A stretch of 64,000 nucleotides of DNA from the IMG/VR virus record IMGVR_UViG_3300020420_000008, positions 1 to 64,000 of that record, one strand, 5' to 3'. The notes below the pieces were generated by a model. That model had not been told where the DNA came from and ran no database searches. It saw only the letters and a list, made by a program, of their open reading frames with translations. Positions within the stretch are counted from its first letter, which is position 1. Each line of letters starts with the position of its first letter. This document shows positions 28,925 to 38,835 of the stretch, piece after piece. Source of the DNA: a virus. The position numbers and the translations under genes were made by a program.

Positions 28925-29124
28925 TGGCAGATAAAGAAGAAATAACATACGAACTTGAATGTACGGAGTGCGGAGCAGAGTATGAGATTGTCGGTATAAA
29001 TACTAGCAAGAATGAACCAATATATTGCCCATATTGTGGTGCAGATATTGATTTAGATGACTTAGAAGAAGAAGAAGAGTTTGATGAGCTAGATTATGAC
29101 GAGGACGATTACGACAGAGATTGA
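28924..29124 (+). CDS. Zinc-ribbon protein with acidic tail
   Basis: CTEC...CPYC. Confidence 0.75.
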   Translation: MADKEEITYELECTECGAEYEIVGINTSKNEPIYCPYCGADIDLDDLEEEEEFDELDYDEDDYDRD

Positions 29125-29548
29125 TTATGATAATCCTTGGACATTCAATAGTAAACCATTCACATCAGAAGATATTAAATCGTATGTAGGATTTGTTTAT
29201 CTAATTACAGAATTAGATACTGACAGAAAATACATAGGTAGAAAATATTTTTATCAACTCAGAAAGAAGAAAGGTAAATCTAAACGAGTAAAATCTGAAT
29301 CCGACTGGAAGAAGTATTATGGCTCGTCAAAAGAACTTTTGGAACAAATCAAAATAAAAGAAAAAAATAATTACAAAAGGCAAATTTTGTCTTTACATAC
29401 GACTAAAGGTGATGTAAACTATGAAGAAGTTAAACAGTTATTTTTAAAAAATGTGTTAGAAGATAGTAGTTACTATAACGATAACATAAATGGTAAATGG
29501 TACAAAAAACCAGAACATATAAGAGAAGGTAGAAATTATGGCAAATGA
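29096..29548 (+). CDS. GIY-YIG nuclease-family protein
   Basis: GFVYLIT...KYIGRK, W..YYGSS, YYN.NI. Confidence 0.8.
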   Translation: MTRTITTEIDYDNPWTFNSKPFTSEDIKSYVGFVYLITELDTDRKYIGRKYFYQLRKKKGKSKRVKSESDWKKYYGSSKELLEQIKIKEKNNYKRQILSLHTTKGDVNYEEVKQLFLKNVLEDSSYYNDNINGKWYKKPEHIREGRNYGK

Positions 29549-30266
29549 TCCTGTAAAACTTTTTATAGGTACTTCATCTAATGGTGAAGATGCAAAAATA
29601 GAAATGGCATATGAACACTCTATAAGAAAGAACTGTAGCCGTCCTGTAGATATAACATGGATGCGACAGACAACTGATGAAACATCTTTTTGGTATGGTT
29701 GGGCTGATAAAAATTGGAGTACACCATTTTCTGGTTATAGATGGGGTATACCTGAAGCTTGCAACTTTGAAGGCAAAGCAATCTATACTGATGTTGACAT
29801 GATTAACATGAGAGATATGGCAGAACTTGTAGATTTAGAAGTACCGAAAGGTAAATTATGTTTAGCGAGAGATGGTAAGAGATTTGGTGGTAAAGAGTTC
29901 TGTGTGATTGTATTTGATAATGCTAAATGGAAGAAAGTAGTACCGGCGGCAGAAACTTGGAAAGAAGATGCTACTGCACATCATCAATTCATCAATATGT
30001 TTATTGCAAATAATTTAGTAGGTGATTTAGATCCTAGGTGGAACTCACATGATGGTGACACAGATGAAATCTATCAATTACATTACACACATATGGCAAC
30101 ACAACCATGGCAACCTAAATGGTTTACTGGTGAAGTTCAAGAACACCCACGTAAAGACTTAATTGAGATATATGAAAAAGCCTATGATGAGGCAATTCTT
30201 GAAGGTTATAAATTAGAAGACTACGAAGTAGATCGTGGTGTAACATATGGGATAATAGGAAGATGA
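29538..30266 (+). CDS. GT-A glycosyltransferase (GT8-like)
   Basis: FIG, TPFS.YRW.IP, IYTDVD (DxD), WNS.D, LHYT. Confidence 0.75.
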   Translation: MANDPVKLFIGTSSNGEDAKIEMAYEHSIRKNCSRPVDITWMRQTTDETSFWYGWADKNWSTPFSGYRWGIPEACNFEGKAIYTDVDMINMRDMAELVDLEVPKGKLCLARDGKRFGGKEFCVIVFDNAKWKKVVPAAETWKEDATAHHQFINMFIANNLVGDLDPRWNSHDGDTDEIYQLHYTHMATQPWQPKWFTGEVQEHPRKDLIEIYEKAYDEAILEGYKLEDYEVDRGVTYGIIGR

Positions 30267-30360
30267 AATACGAATTTGATCCAGTAAAGAATGAAGGACT
30301 AGGGCTAATACTAATGATTGCAATATTCTTTGGCGGTACTTTTTTATTAAATGCAATAGT

Positions 30361-30582
30361 ATGGAGTTTTATAGGTTGAGTGATGATGTTAAGCAACAAG
30401 CTTTAGAAGAAGCAGAAAGAACTTATAAAGGTTTTATTAAGTTTCTAAAATGGATATCAGTGGTAGCTATTGTGTTAATTTTAGTTATGGGATTTAATAA
30501 TTTTTTAGACGATCCAACTGCATCACAATCTGATCCAGCTTGGAAAGAAGATTATGAATCTAATATGGGACTAGATGAATGA
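30361..30582 (+). CDS. aa3-type cytochrome c oxidase subunit IV-like protein
   Basis: AERTYKGFIKFLKW followed by a TM helix. Confidence 0.6.
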   Translation: MEFYRLSDDVKQQALEEAERTYKGFIKFLKWISVVAIVLILVMGFNNFLDDPTASQSDPAWKEDYESNMGLDE

Positions 30583-30830
30583 AAAAATTATCTAAAGAAC
30601 AACAACTCTTTGTTATCACAATGGAAGAATGCGGTGAACTTGCACAAGTATGTTCTAAAGCATTGAGAAAACAAAGAACAGATTTACAAAATCTGAAAGA
30701 CGAGATTGGTGATGTCTATGCTATGATCGATTTGATGACAGAGAAAGGCATTGTCAGCTGGAGTGAAATTCACGACAGAGCAAGAGAAAAACGAAGTAAA
30801 CTAGCAATATGGAGCGATTTAACGACATGA
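30579..30830 (+). CDS. MazG-like NTP pyrophosphohydrolase
   Basis: EECGEL...DEIGD. Confidence 0.85.
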   Translation: MKKLSKEQQLFVITMEECGELAQVCSKALRKQRTDLQNLKDEIGDVYAMIDLMTEKGIVSWSEIHDRAREKRSKLAIWSDLTT

Positions 30831-31267
30831 GAAACATTTATTTACCATTAATTTTAGTAGGCGTTTTAGGTGGTATGTTGCTACAATGTAATATGGCAAC
30901 GGCAGAATCTATGTCTATTGAAATGTTAAACAAAAAAGGCAAAGAGAAAATGCTATATAGCGAAAATATAGCAAGAATTGATGTCGGTGATACTATCACT
31001 TGGGTACCAACATCAAAAGGGCACAACGTACAATTCGTATCTGTACCTGATGGTGTAGAAAAAATCAAGAGTAAGATGAATGCTGAAGTTTCTTTTACTT
31101 TTGAAAAAGAAGGCGTTTATCTTTATCTCTGCACACCACATGCAACTATGGGTATGATAGGTGTTGTAGTAGTTGGTGATTCTGATGTAAACTTAGCTGA
31201 AGCAAAAAAGTATAAGTTCAGAGGAAAATCTAAAAAGAAATTTAAGAAGATAGTGAAGGAACTATAA
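30827..31267 (+). CDS. Pseudoazurin-like blue copper protein
   Basis: Signal peptide, GHNV, CTPHATMGM ligands. Confidence 0.88.
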   Translation: MRNIYLPLILVGVLGGMLLQCNMATAESMSIEMLNKKGKEKMLYSENIARIDVGDTITWVPTSKGHNVQFVSVPDGVEKIKSKMNAEVSFTFEKEGVYLYLCTPHATMGMIGVVVVGDSDVNLAEAKKYKFRGKSKKKFKKIVKEL

Positions 31268-31563
31268 TGAGAGAAGCTATTGTTAATATGTGGAATGCAG
31301 TGATGAATGCTGATATGAATCCACTCAGAAATATTCCTAGTCTTCAAGCTAGACATATGATACTACAAATTCTTGCTTGGACTTGGGCAAGTAGTTTTGC
31401 ACTCGCATATGGTAGTATGTGGATATGGGGGTTTTCTGTAGTAGCACACTTATGTATTATTGCCGCCATTGTAATTACAGTAGCTACATTCGAAACTGCT
31501 AAGAGAAAACCAACAGTATTTGCTGGATATAATGGTAGAGGAAATGGCGGAGAACACGAATAA
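31267..31563 (+). CDS. Membrane hypothetical protein
   Basis: NPLRNIP...RHMILQILAW; two TM. Confidence 0.7.
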   Translation: MREAIVNMWNAVMNADMNPLRNIPSLQARHMILQILAWTWASSFALAYGSMWIWGFSVVAHLCIIAAIVITVATFETAKRKPTVFAGYNGRGNGGEHE

Positions 31564-31723
31564 CTTTCCTGAAACTATTATCTATACAGATAAAGATAGA
31601 GTGTGGTGTACTGGAGAAACTAATGATCACCCTAGAGTATACTACACTGTACCTGATGAAGGCTTTGTAATTTGTGGTTATTGTGATATTAAATTTATGA
31701 GGAGAAAGAATGAAAAATCTTAG
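31544..31723 (+). CDS. zf-CHCC zinc-finger protein (NDUFS6/NUMM-like)
   Basis: VWC.G...HPRVY...CGYC. Confidence 0.85.
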   Translation: MAENTNNFPETIIYTDKDRVWCTGETNDHPRVYYTVPDEGFVICGYCDIKFMRRKNEKS

Positions 31724-31979
31724 AGAAATGTGGGAAGCAAGTTATGGTGAAGGCACTAAATTTGATCTTGACTATGGTAAGATAATTATGATATTATTGT
31801 GTATATACATAGCAATAAAGGTAAGTTGAAATGAAAAATTTTGGTATTATATTTTGGGTAATGATAGTAGTAGCAGGTTGTTTAAGTGTGATGACTACTC
31901 TAGCAATAGATAGTAGAATGGACGATATGGAAACTAACATTGAGCAAATCAATTCAATGTTGAAAGATATGTCAAGCTA

Positions 31980-32183
31980 ATGCCTGGACAAAATTTCATA
32001 AATGGTCCGCCCAACCCAAGAGGCAAAGAAGAGTATACTCTAGATGGTAAAATACCTATAAAGAATCAAACAGAATCTTGGTTGAAGTATACTGGACTTG
32101 TGTGGTTAGTAGAAAATCCAAAAGCACCATTTGTATGGTTTGCTATTGGAATAAGTTTAATTTTATATATTGAAGGTTTTTGA
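31980..32183 (+). CDS. Small membrane hypothetical protein
   Basis: C-terminal TM, TAATG coupling. Confidence 0.55.
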   Translation: MPGQNFINGPPNPRGKEEYTLDGKIPIKNQTESWLKYTGLVWLVENPKAPFVWFAIGISLILYIEGF

Positions 32184-32184
32184 A

Positions 32185-32442
32185 ATGAGTAACAAAGCAT
32201 ATCATAACAAGGGTTTTGCACCTGCTTTTTTATGGATTATATTTTTGACAATGATATTGCCTGTCTTAGGATTATTTACAATTGACGATACATGGGATAG
32301 AGTTGTCAACAAATATGCAAGTGCATGGACTTCAGAGTGCTGGCAGAATAGCAAGCATGAGAGAGTATGTAGAGGTGATAATAATTGTAAATTTCTACGT
32401 AACTTCTGCACAGAAAATACTTTTAGATGGAGAGAGAATTAA
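32185..32442 (+). CDS. Small membrane hypothetical protein
   Basis: One TM plus four Cys. Confidence 0.6.
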   Translation: MSNKAYHNKGFAPAFLWIIFLTMILPVLGLFTIDDTWDRVVNKYASAWTSECWQNSKHERVCRGDNNCKFLRNFCTENTFRWREN

Positions 32443-32681
32443 TGGCAGGTGCTATAAACACTCCTTTGAGACAATTGATTATGGACTGGACAGCCTGTCA
32501 ACTATTAGAAAAAGATCCTAATAATCATATACTCAAAAAACTAAGATCCTGGGAACATCCAGAAACTATAGAGTTGAATAAGTTACTGACACAATTTGAG
32601 AAAGATAAGAAGTATCCAGAACATTATAATCTGGATTGGGGTTCGATAAAGTATAATGATTTTATGAAAGACGGAGAGTGA
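32442..32681 (+). CDS. Hypothetical protein
   Basis: TAATG coupling, GGAGAGAGA upstream. Confidence 0.6.
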   Translation: MAGAINTPLRQLIMDWTACQLLEKDPNNHILKKLRSWEHPETIELNKLLTQFEKDKKYPEHYNLDWGSIKYNDFMKDGE

Positions 32682-32682
32682 A

Positions 32683-33120
32683 ATGAAAATTTGGAATTAT
32701 GAAATGCCAAAAATACCAGACTTTTGCATGAGTCACTGGTTATTTAGAATACCATTAGCAATAGTTTTTATTCAGCAAGGTGTTATGAAAATACCTGTAA
32801 GTGCTGAAGAGGCGGCAACATTCGGCTTATCATATCTAGTTTGGTGGTTTGTTGCTTATGGTGAGTTACTTGGCGGAATAGGACTTATTGTCGGTGGTAT
32901 AATGAATAAGCCATACTTACCTATTTTAGATAGATGTTATATTCCAGATATAGGTGATGCAATCACACGTTTTAGTGGTATTACTTTGTGTTGCATTATG
33001 ACTGGTGTTATATGGATTGGTGAACCTGAAAGTATTATGGATGTTATACTATATGATAACTTACATGTGTTCTTATGGGTTGGTGCTTTGTATTTTGCAT
33101 TAAGAGGAAATAGAATATAA
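32683..33120 (+). CDS. DoxX-family membrane protein
   Basis: LFRI.LA.VFI.QG..K, AYGEL.GGIGL. Confidence 0.8.
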   Translation: MKIWNYEMPKIPDFCMSHWLFRIPLAIVFIQQGVMKIPVSAEEAATFGLSYLVWWFVAYGELLGGIGLIVGGIMNKPYLPILDRCYIPDIGDAITRFSGITLCCIMTGVIWIGEPESIMDVILYDNLHVFLWVGALYFALRGNRI

Positions 33121-33851
33121 TGATATATGGTGAATTGCCTACTAAACCTGTGGTGTTTGCCGCCTGCGATATAAAATATTTCGTAGAACATGCACCATCT
33201 TTAATATATTCTATTAATGATATAGGTAAAGATATTCACATACATGTGTGTGATCCTGTAGAAGAAACTCACAAGATCGAATCTATATTAAAAGCAGATA
33301 TAGATGTAGATATAACTTTTAGTTATAGCGATATAGGTGCCACACCTATAGACATAAGAGCGTATTATTCATGCTTACGTTTTATGATGTTGCCTAAGCT
33401 TTTACCTCATGCTAAAAAGATGTTAGTAGTGGATACTGATTGTGTGTTTATGAAAGACTTTGAATATCCTAATACACCTACAGGTTACTTTCCTAGGAAA
33501 CCTTTACAAGGTACAATTGGTTGGGAAGCTAAAGGTACACAAGTGGCGGCAGGTTGTGTATATATGGACGAGAGAGCATTACCTGTAGCTGAAGCTTTAT
33601 CAGAAAAAATATCTCAAGGACCTATGAGATGGTTTATTGATCAGATAGCACTAGCTGAAATATTTGAACTTGTAAATGATAATGATATAACTAAGTTTGA
33701 TGGTAACTTCATGGACTGGGAATTTATTGAAGGTACAGTTATATGGACTGGAAAAGGACCTCGTAAACACGAAAATGAAACTTATCTAGAAGCTAAGAAT
33801 AAGTTTAACAGATTACCAAGTGCTGTTAGTAGAATTTGGGAAAAGGCATGA
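33120..33851 (+). CDS. GT-A glycosyltransferase-like protein
   Basis: AACD..YF, YYSCLRF, VVDTD (DxD), WFIDQ.AL. Confidence 0.7.
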   Translation: MIYGELPTKPVVFAACDIKYFVEHAPSLIYSINDIGKDIHIHVCDPVEETHKIESILKADIDVDITFSYSDIGATPIDIRAYYSCLRFMMLPKLLPHAKKMLVVDTDCVFMKDFEYPNTPTGYFPRKPLQGTIGWEAKGTQVAAGCVYMDERALPVAEALSEKISQGPMRWFIDQIALAEIFELVNDNDITKFDGNFMDWEFIEGTVIWTGKGPRKHENETYLEAKNKFNRLPSAVSRIWEKA

Positions 33852-34834
33852 ACAGAAAAGTCCTGATACTAAAGCCTAGATTAGATTTACCATTCAAGAG
33901 ATTTGGTTTAGAAAAGAGAAAACCTCATATAGAACCAATACGAGTGCATTGGCAAAACTTTGTTGATAAACTTGCTGAATATCATGGTATGAGAAAAGAT
34001 AAAGTAGTTATCATAGAAGAACAGAAATGGAAGTTCTGCGAAAGATTTGTTAGAAGTGGATTTAATCCTGATATAGCTTATATACCTCATACAGACAAAA
34101 AATTATTTAATGGAAGAGAAGAGTGTAGATACTATATGCAAACAGTTTTTCCTTGGTTGTTTACAGTAGATAAAGATGGTTGGGGCGGAACATCTAGTCA
34201 CTCAAAATTAGGTTGGTATGAAGTTGCACCAGATGATGACGCAACATTTGAAGAGTTTAAGAAGAGAGCAATTAAAGGTGAGTCTAAGTATGATCAGCCT
34301 CATGCTGAATTTGTTAATCGTTTTGAAGATGGTTTTATATTCGTTCCTTTACAACTACCTCACGATGAAACTATAAAATATCATGCTAAAGTGGGTGTTA
34401 TTAATTTTGCAGTAGCTATCATGAAATGGGCTTATGAGAAAAGAATAAATGTTGTTTTTAAGAATCACCCTGCTAATCCAAATAGTCTAGAAGATGTAAG
34501 ATTATTTGCTGAACAATATAGTAATGCACATTGGCTAGAGCATCAAGTGAATATACATTCTCTCTTTGCACAAGCAAAAGCAGTATACGTTATAAATTCG
34601 GGCTCAGCTAAAGAAGCTATGTTGCATGATGTGCCTATAGTTAGATTTGGATTAGCTGATTACAATATGGCAGTTATTGAGGGCGATATAAAAGACTTAG
34701 AAAGAACTTGGCAAAAAGTCTTAAATTTAGAAAGAAGAACCATGAAAGAAAACTATAGAACATTTTACAATTGGTTTGTAAATCGTATTTGTTACGATAG
34801 TAGAAATATTGGTAGCTTTCTCAAACTTAGATAG
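33848..34834 (+). CDS. KpsS/KpsC-like glycosyltransferase (beta-Kdo transferase family)
   Basis: VPLQLPHD (QxxxD), FKNHP (HP), VINSG...EAML...P. Confidence 0.75.
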   Translation: MNRKVLILKPRLDLPFKRFGLEKRKPHIEPIRVHWQNFVDKLAEYHGMRKDKVVIIEEQKWKFCERFVRSGFNPDIAYIPHTDKKLFNGREECRYYMQTVFPWLFTVDKDGWGGTSSHSKLGWYEVAPDDDATFEEFKKRAIKGESKYDQPHAEFVNRFEDGFIFVPLQLPHDETIKYHAKVGVINFAVAIMKWAYEKRINVVFKNHPANPNSLEDVRLFAEQYSNAHWLEHQVNIHSLFAQAKAVYVINSGSAKEAMLHDVPIVRFGLADYNMAVIEGDIKDLERTWQKVLNLERRTMKENYRTFYNWFVNRICYDSRNIGSFLKLR

Positions 34835-34925
34835 GTGATATGCAAGTAGTTGAAGATTAAACGATTATATATACTGGTGAGTTCACGCTCATTTTTCTTA
34901 ACATTTTTTCAGAAAGGATAAAGCA

Positions 34926-35192
34926 ATGGCAGTTGTAGCAACTGTATACGATAGCACATGTAAAGTATGTGATGTCGTAAGGTATCAAGTATTTAGAGTA
35001 ATTAATCATATTCAAAGATCCAAACAACTTAGTGCTAACATGGCAATTTTTGCCGACATACAAAATGTTGACAAAGATGCTGGTTATCATTTGGCGAATA
35101 TGAATGATGCTACAAATAAAAAATATAATGAGAGATTGAAAAATTTTAAAAAATATAGTATATGGGGTTGGGAAGATCCCACTGACGATTGA
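34926..35192 (+). CDS. Hypothetical protein
   Basis: GAAAGGA RBS. Confidence 0.6.
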   Translation: MAVVATVYDSTCKVCDVVRYQVFRVINHIQRSKQLSANMAIFADIQNVDKDAGYHLANMNDATNKKYNERLKNFKKYSIWGWEDPTDD

Positions 35193-35292
35193 GTCTTGAC
35201 AGATGACACTTAATAATGTTATATTTGTTCTAATAGTAATTTTATTAATCATGCTATCGTTTAAGTTAGGCATAGCAATATAAGGAGATTAT

Positions 35293-35541
35293 ATGTCACA
35301 TTTAAGAAGACAAATGTTAGTTGCAGTTAGAGATCATGCACAAGCACATATTGATAAACATCGTATGAATGTTGAAATCTATTTGACAAATCCTGTGGGT
35401 GTTGGTGAACATTCGGAAGTTATGGACGAAATAGAAAAGCAGTTAGAAGAGATGGCTAAGTATGAAGATCACTTAGAGATTCTTGATAAATATTTTAATG
35501 AGTATCAAGATCCAGTTAATCTAACTGAAGACAATTCGTAA
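35293..35541 (+). CDS. Conserved hypothetical protein
   Basis: NVEIYL.NPVGVGEH motif; AAGGAG RBS. Confidence 0.75.
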   Translation: MSHLRRQMLVAVRDHAQAHIDKHRMNVEIYLTNPVGVGEHSEVMDEIEKQLEEMAKYEDHLEILDKYFNEYQDPVNLTEDNS

Positions 35542-35555
35542 GATTCGGATTACCA

Positions 35556-35786
35556 ATGTATACTATTTACGGACGTCCGAATTGTGGTTGGTGTGTACGT
35601 GCTAAAGGTTTATTATCTTCTAATAATATGGAATATAAGTATATAGACATATATGAAGATAATAAGTCGTTGGCATTTTTAAAAGAGCAAGGGTACAAAA
35701 CTGTACCTCAAATTTATGATGATGATATGCATATAGGTGGTTTTAACGATTTAGAAATACATTTAATGCATTTTAACGGGAGCTAA
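35556..35786 (+). CDS. nrdC: Glutaredoxin
   Basis: CGWC, TVPQI, IGGF. Confidence 0.9.
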   Translation: MYTIYGRPNCGWCVRAKGLLSSNNMEYKYIDIYEDNKSLAFLKEQGYKTVPQIYDDDMHIGGFNDLEIHLMHFNGS

Positions 35787-35793
35787 ATATATT

Positions 35794-36111
35794 ATGAGTG
35801 ATTACAATATGCAAAGTATGGAGTTTGATACTGACATTATGAAAGATATCGAAAAACAAAGAATTGTAGAACAACTTGAAGAAGGTGTTCTCGTAATAAA
35901 TTTCACAAAAAAAGATGGTACTACACGTAGAATGAAAGCAACTCTACGTGAAGATATTCACGGATATGCTGGTGCTAATAGGGATCCTTTGGGACCTAAA
36001 GCTAATGTTGAACGTGAAATTCTTAAAGAGTATCTTGCAGTATATGACACTGAAAAGAAAGATTGGCGTTCTTTTCGTTGGGATTCATTAATAGGAGTTA
36101 ATAATGGCTGA
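35794..36111 (+). CDS. SH3-like beta-barrel (WYL_2-type) protein
   Basis: FTKKDGT.R.M.ATL...VYD....WRSFR. Confidence 0.75.
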   Translation: MSDYNMQSMEFDTDIMKDIEKQRIVEQLEEGVLVINFTKKDGTTRRMKATLREDIHGYAGANRDPLGPKANVEREILKEYLAVYDTEKKDWRSFRWDSLIGVNNG

Positions 36112-37168
36112 AGCACAAGCAACTGAAAATCCAGATGAGTTTTCTTTAAAAACAGTACAGAAACAAGGTGGTATCATGAATGATGATGGTACATATCGTG
36201 AGTCATTTGGTGGTACTGAACTGATGACTAAAGCTTTAGAGCAGTATGTTGATAAAGATTTATTAGAGCAATTTAATATAATTAAATCTAGAGTTCGTAC
36301 CGTATCTGAAGATAAACCAAATGTTCTTTGGTTGCACGATTTATGGAATGATCCAGAAAATGAACATCTAAAAGATGCAGAAGCAAGAAAGAGATTTTCA
36401 CGTTTAGTTTTTGTTTCTAATTGGCAACTAACGACATATCAGTTAGGTTTAGGTGTGCCTTATTCTGAATCATTTGTTCTTAAAAATGCTATCGATCCTA
36501 TACAGGTTCCAGGAAATGCAGACGGAACTTTGAATAAAGATAAAGACGTAATACGTTTAATTTATCATACAACACCTCACAGAGGATTAAACATTGCAGT
36601 TGCTGGTGTTCAAGCTTTATGGGAAAATGGCTATAAAGATAAAATACATTTTGATGTATACTCTTCTTTTGAAGCTTATGGTTGGCCCGAAAGAGATGAA
36701 CCATACAAAGATATTTTCAAGACTATAGAAGAACATGATGGTATGACATATCATGGTTTTCAACCTAACAATGTTGTTAGAGAGGCTTTAGGTAAAGCAC
36801 ACATCTTTGCATATCCTAGCATATGGCAAGAAACATCATGTATATCAGCTATTGAAGCTTTGTCTGGTGGTGTACAAGTAGTATGTCCTAATCTTGGTGC
36901 ATTACCTGAAACTACAGGCAACTTTGCAACAATGTATAACTTTCATGAAAATCTACAGTTTCATGCTAATGTATTTGCAAATTTTCTCAAAGGTGCAATA
37001 GATAATTGTCAAAGTGACGATATGCAAAAGAAAGCAATCTTCGCTAAAAATTGGTGTGATAATTTCTATAACTGGGAAATTCGTAAAAACGAATGGATAG
37101 GCATGTTCAATGGATTACTTCAAGTAGAAAAATCAAAGAAAGAACTTGCGAATGGAAAAGGAACCTGA
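36104..37168 (+). CDS. GT-B (GT4-like) glycosyltransferase
   Basis: GGTE, WLHD, FVS.WQ, YHTTPHRGL, YPSIWQETSCI..IEA...GALPET. Confidence 0.85.
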   Translation: MAEAQATENPDEFSLKTVQKQGGIMNDDGTYRESFGGTELMTKALEQYVDKDLLEQFNIIKSRVRTVSEDKPNVLWLHDLWNDPENEHLKDAEARKRFSRLVFVSNWQLTTYQLGLGVPYSESFVLKNAIDPIQVPGNADGTLNKDKDVIRLIYHTTPHRGLNIAVAGVQALWENGYKDKIHFDVYSSFEAYGWPERDEPYKDIFKTIEEHDGMTYHGFQPNNVVREALGKAHIFAYPSIWQETSCISAIEALSGGVQVVCPNLGALPETTGNFATMYNFHENLQFHANVFANFLKGAIDNCQSDDMQKKAIFAKNWCDNFYNWEIRKNEWIGMFNGLLQVEKSKKELANGKGT

Positions 37169-37406
37169 TAGATACTACGATTGGATACTTTGGATGTCTA
37201 AAAAAGAAAACAATAAAGAAAAATCTATAGAAGATCAGATTATAGGTATGGGTGCTGGAGCAGGAGGTAGAAATATCGCAGAAGAGTTTCAGTTACCTAA
37301 ACCAAAGGTAATGTCAAATGCTACAGAAGAAGTGGTTCGACATCTAAATAGGATTGAGGCAAAAGTAGATTTACTTTTATCTAAATTAGATGGAGGACTA
37401 AAATGA
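37146..37406 (+). CDS. Hypothetical protein
   Basis: Tiling with neighbours. Confidence 0.55.
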   Translation: MRMEKEPDRYYDWILWMSKKENNKEKSIEDQIIGMGAGAGGRNIAEEFQLPKPKVMSNATEEVVRHLNRIEAKVDLLLSKLDGGLK

Positions 37407-37507
37407 TATTTTTTAGATTTAAAAGATTCACTGTATCTTATTGTACATATTGTGGTTCAGAACTAGATAGTTCAGATTTCTGTCCTAGATGTAGAGTAAG
37501 AAGATGA
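37403..37507 (+). CDS. 34-aa zinc-ribbon peptide (not in ORF track)
   Basis: GGAGG RBS; CTYC...CPRC; ATGA overlaps at both ends. Confidence 0.6.
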   Translation: MIFFRFKRFTVSYCTYCGSELDSSDFCPRCRVRR

Positions 37508-37758
37508 GAGATGAATGGGACGATATTCCTGAAGACGATGTAGATGAAGTCTTTAGAGATGTTCTAGAATTAGTAATGGATAAAATGCAAGAAGGTTGTA
37601 ACCCCATGGCTCTTGCAGGTGTCATGATGGCTCAAGCTATGATGATGTACAAAACTCATTTAACAGAAGATGGTTACGATAAAGTCTGTAAAATGATATT
37701 AGAAAAGCGTAATAGAGTAGGTGAATCAGGAAAAAATTTAAGTAAATATCTACATTAA
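37504..37758 (+). CDS. Hypothetical protein
   Basis: ATGA overlap. Confidence 0.65.
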   Translation: MRDEWDDIPEDDVDEVFRDVLELVMDKMQEGCNPMALAGVMMAQAMMMYKTHLTEDGYDKVCKMILEKRNRVGESGKNLSKYLH

Positions 37759-37761
37759 CTA

Positions 37762-37822
37762 TTGACATATCCTCTCCTTTTGCTATCCTATTATTGTAAG
37801 TGATTCGAAAGAGAGAGAAAAT
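37762..37822 (+). promoter_or_regulatory. Early promoter/leader cassette A2
   Basis: TTGACA-N16-TATCCT; 37795-37826 identical to 6698-6729. Confidence 0.85.
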
Positions 37823-38137
37823 ATGATAGACATTAAAAAAAACTTGAAACAAACAGATTCAGTTTTCATAGATACCCACAGCAATAAAAAAATAGGTGTT
37901 TATATCGGTGCTGGTAACTTAGTCGGTACTGCTAAGAACGCTCTTGAATTGCTAAAAATAATCAAGAAAAATTATATAGACTTACACATGACTAATCTAT
38001 TCTTTTGTAGCGGAATGGACTTCGCTACTGAAGTTGGTTTTGCTGATGATGGTGATGCTAGAAAGATATTCTTTGACATGCAAGCATTATGGTTAGAAGA
38101 TTTGAAGTGGTATTTTGACAAGTTAGTTGAAAATTAA
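37823..38137 (+). CDS. Early hypothetical protein
   Basis: Directly after cassette A2. Confidence 0.75.
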   Translation: MIDIKKNLKQTDSVFIDTHSNKKIGVYIGAGNLVGTAKNALELLKIIKKNYIDLHMTNLFFCSGMDFATEVGFADDGDARKIFFDMQALWLEDLKWYFDKLVEN

Positions 38138-38140
38138 TGG

Positions 38141-38210
38141 TTGACTTTATTTGTCAGTGTGCTATTATAATAGTGTAAGTGATTCGTTAATAACAAAGAG
38201 AGAAAAAAAT
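38141..38210 (+). promoter_or_regulatory. Early promoter/leader cassette B2
   Basis: TTGACT-N16-TATTAT; 38166-38193 identical to 7862-7889. Confidence 0.85.
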
Positions 38211-38411
38211 ATGACAACATTCTTCGCAACTTCAATCGAACATATCACCACCACCAAAGACGGTGACAAGTTCATAGTTAGTTCTTCTTTTGCCGGTGCT
38301 GACGGCGACACTGCAAAAGAGTCAGAAGCAAATGCGATTGCTAGTTATGAGAAAGCAGGACACACTGCTGATGAATTGATTTCGATTACGACAGTTGAAT
38401 TAGATTATTAA
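38211..38411 (+). CDS. Early hypothetical protein
   Basis: ATG 38211 after cassette B2. Confidence 0.7.
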   Translation: MTTFFATSIEHITTTKDGDKFIVSSSFAGADGDTAKESEANAIASYEKAGHTADELISITTVELDY

Positions 38412-38424
38412 GAGAGAGGTTAAT

Positions 38425-38616
38425 ATGAACGATATAGATATTTTTGATTATTCGAATGCAATAGACATACTCATTGGTATGTCAGACAATCAACTACAAA
38501 CTCTAGCTACAAAGCTAGTTGATAGGTTTCCAAAAACCGCCGATTGTTTTGAAACTTATTTGTGCGCCGCCAGTGCGGATAAGATTGCTAATGAGAATTT
38601 TCTTTCAAAATTATGA
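38425..38616 (+). CDS. Early hypothetical protein
   Basis: AGAGAGAGGT RBS. Confidence 0.7.
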   Translation: MNDIDIFDYSNAIDILIGMSDNQLQTLATKLVDRFPKTADCFETYLCAASADKIANENFLSKL

Positions 38617-38628
38617 TTGGAGGTTAAT

Positions 38629-38835
38629 ATGATAGTGAATACAGAATTACGTGAACATCAAAAAAAGCTTAAAGAAGCTATGAAACACTTTATGGGCGGT
38701 ACTTCAGAGTCAACTCATAAAGATGAAGCCTTTGCAAAAGGTTTACATGTTCTTGCAGTTGAGATTGGTAAAATTCAAGCACAACTAGATAGAGCAGATG
38801 AAAATGGTGAATGGGGTCCGTTTCCATTCGATTGA
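38629..38835 (+). CDS. Early hypothetical protein
   Basis: GGAGG RBS. Confidence 0.7.
   Translation: MIVNTELREHQKKLKEAMKHFMGGTSESTHKDEAFAKGLHVLAVEIGKIQAQLDRADENGEWGPFPFD

Noticed and set aside
29096-29548. GIY-YIG gene as an active mobile homing element
   Set aside because: Short, no visible DNA-binding extension; resembles a conserved resident gene
38408-38423. CtrA box
   Set aside because: TTAA-N8-TTAA rather than N7; other GTTAA copies are lone half-sites in AT-rich DNA
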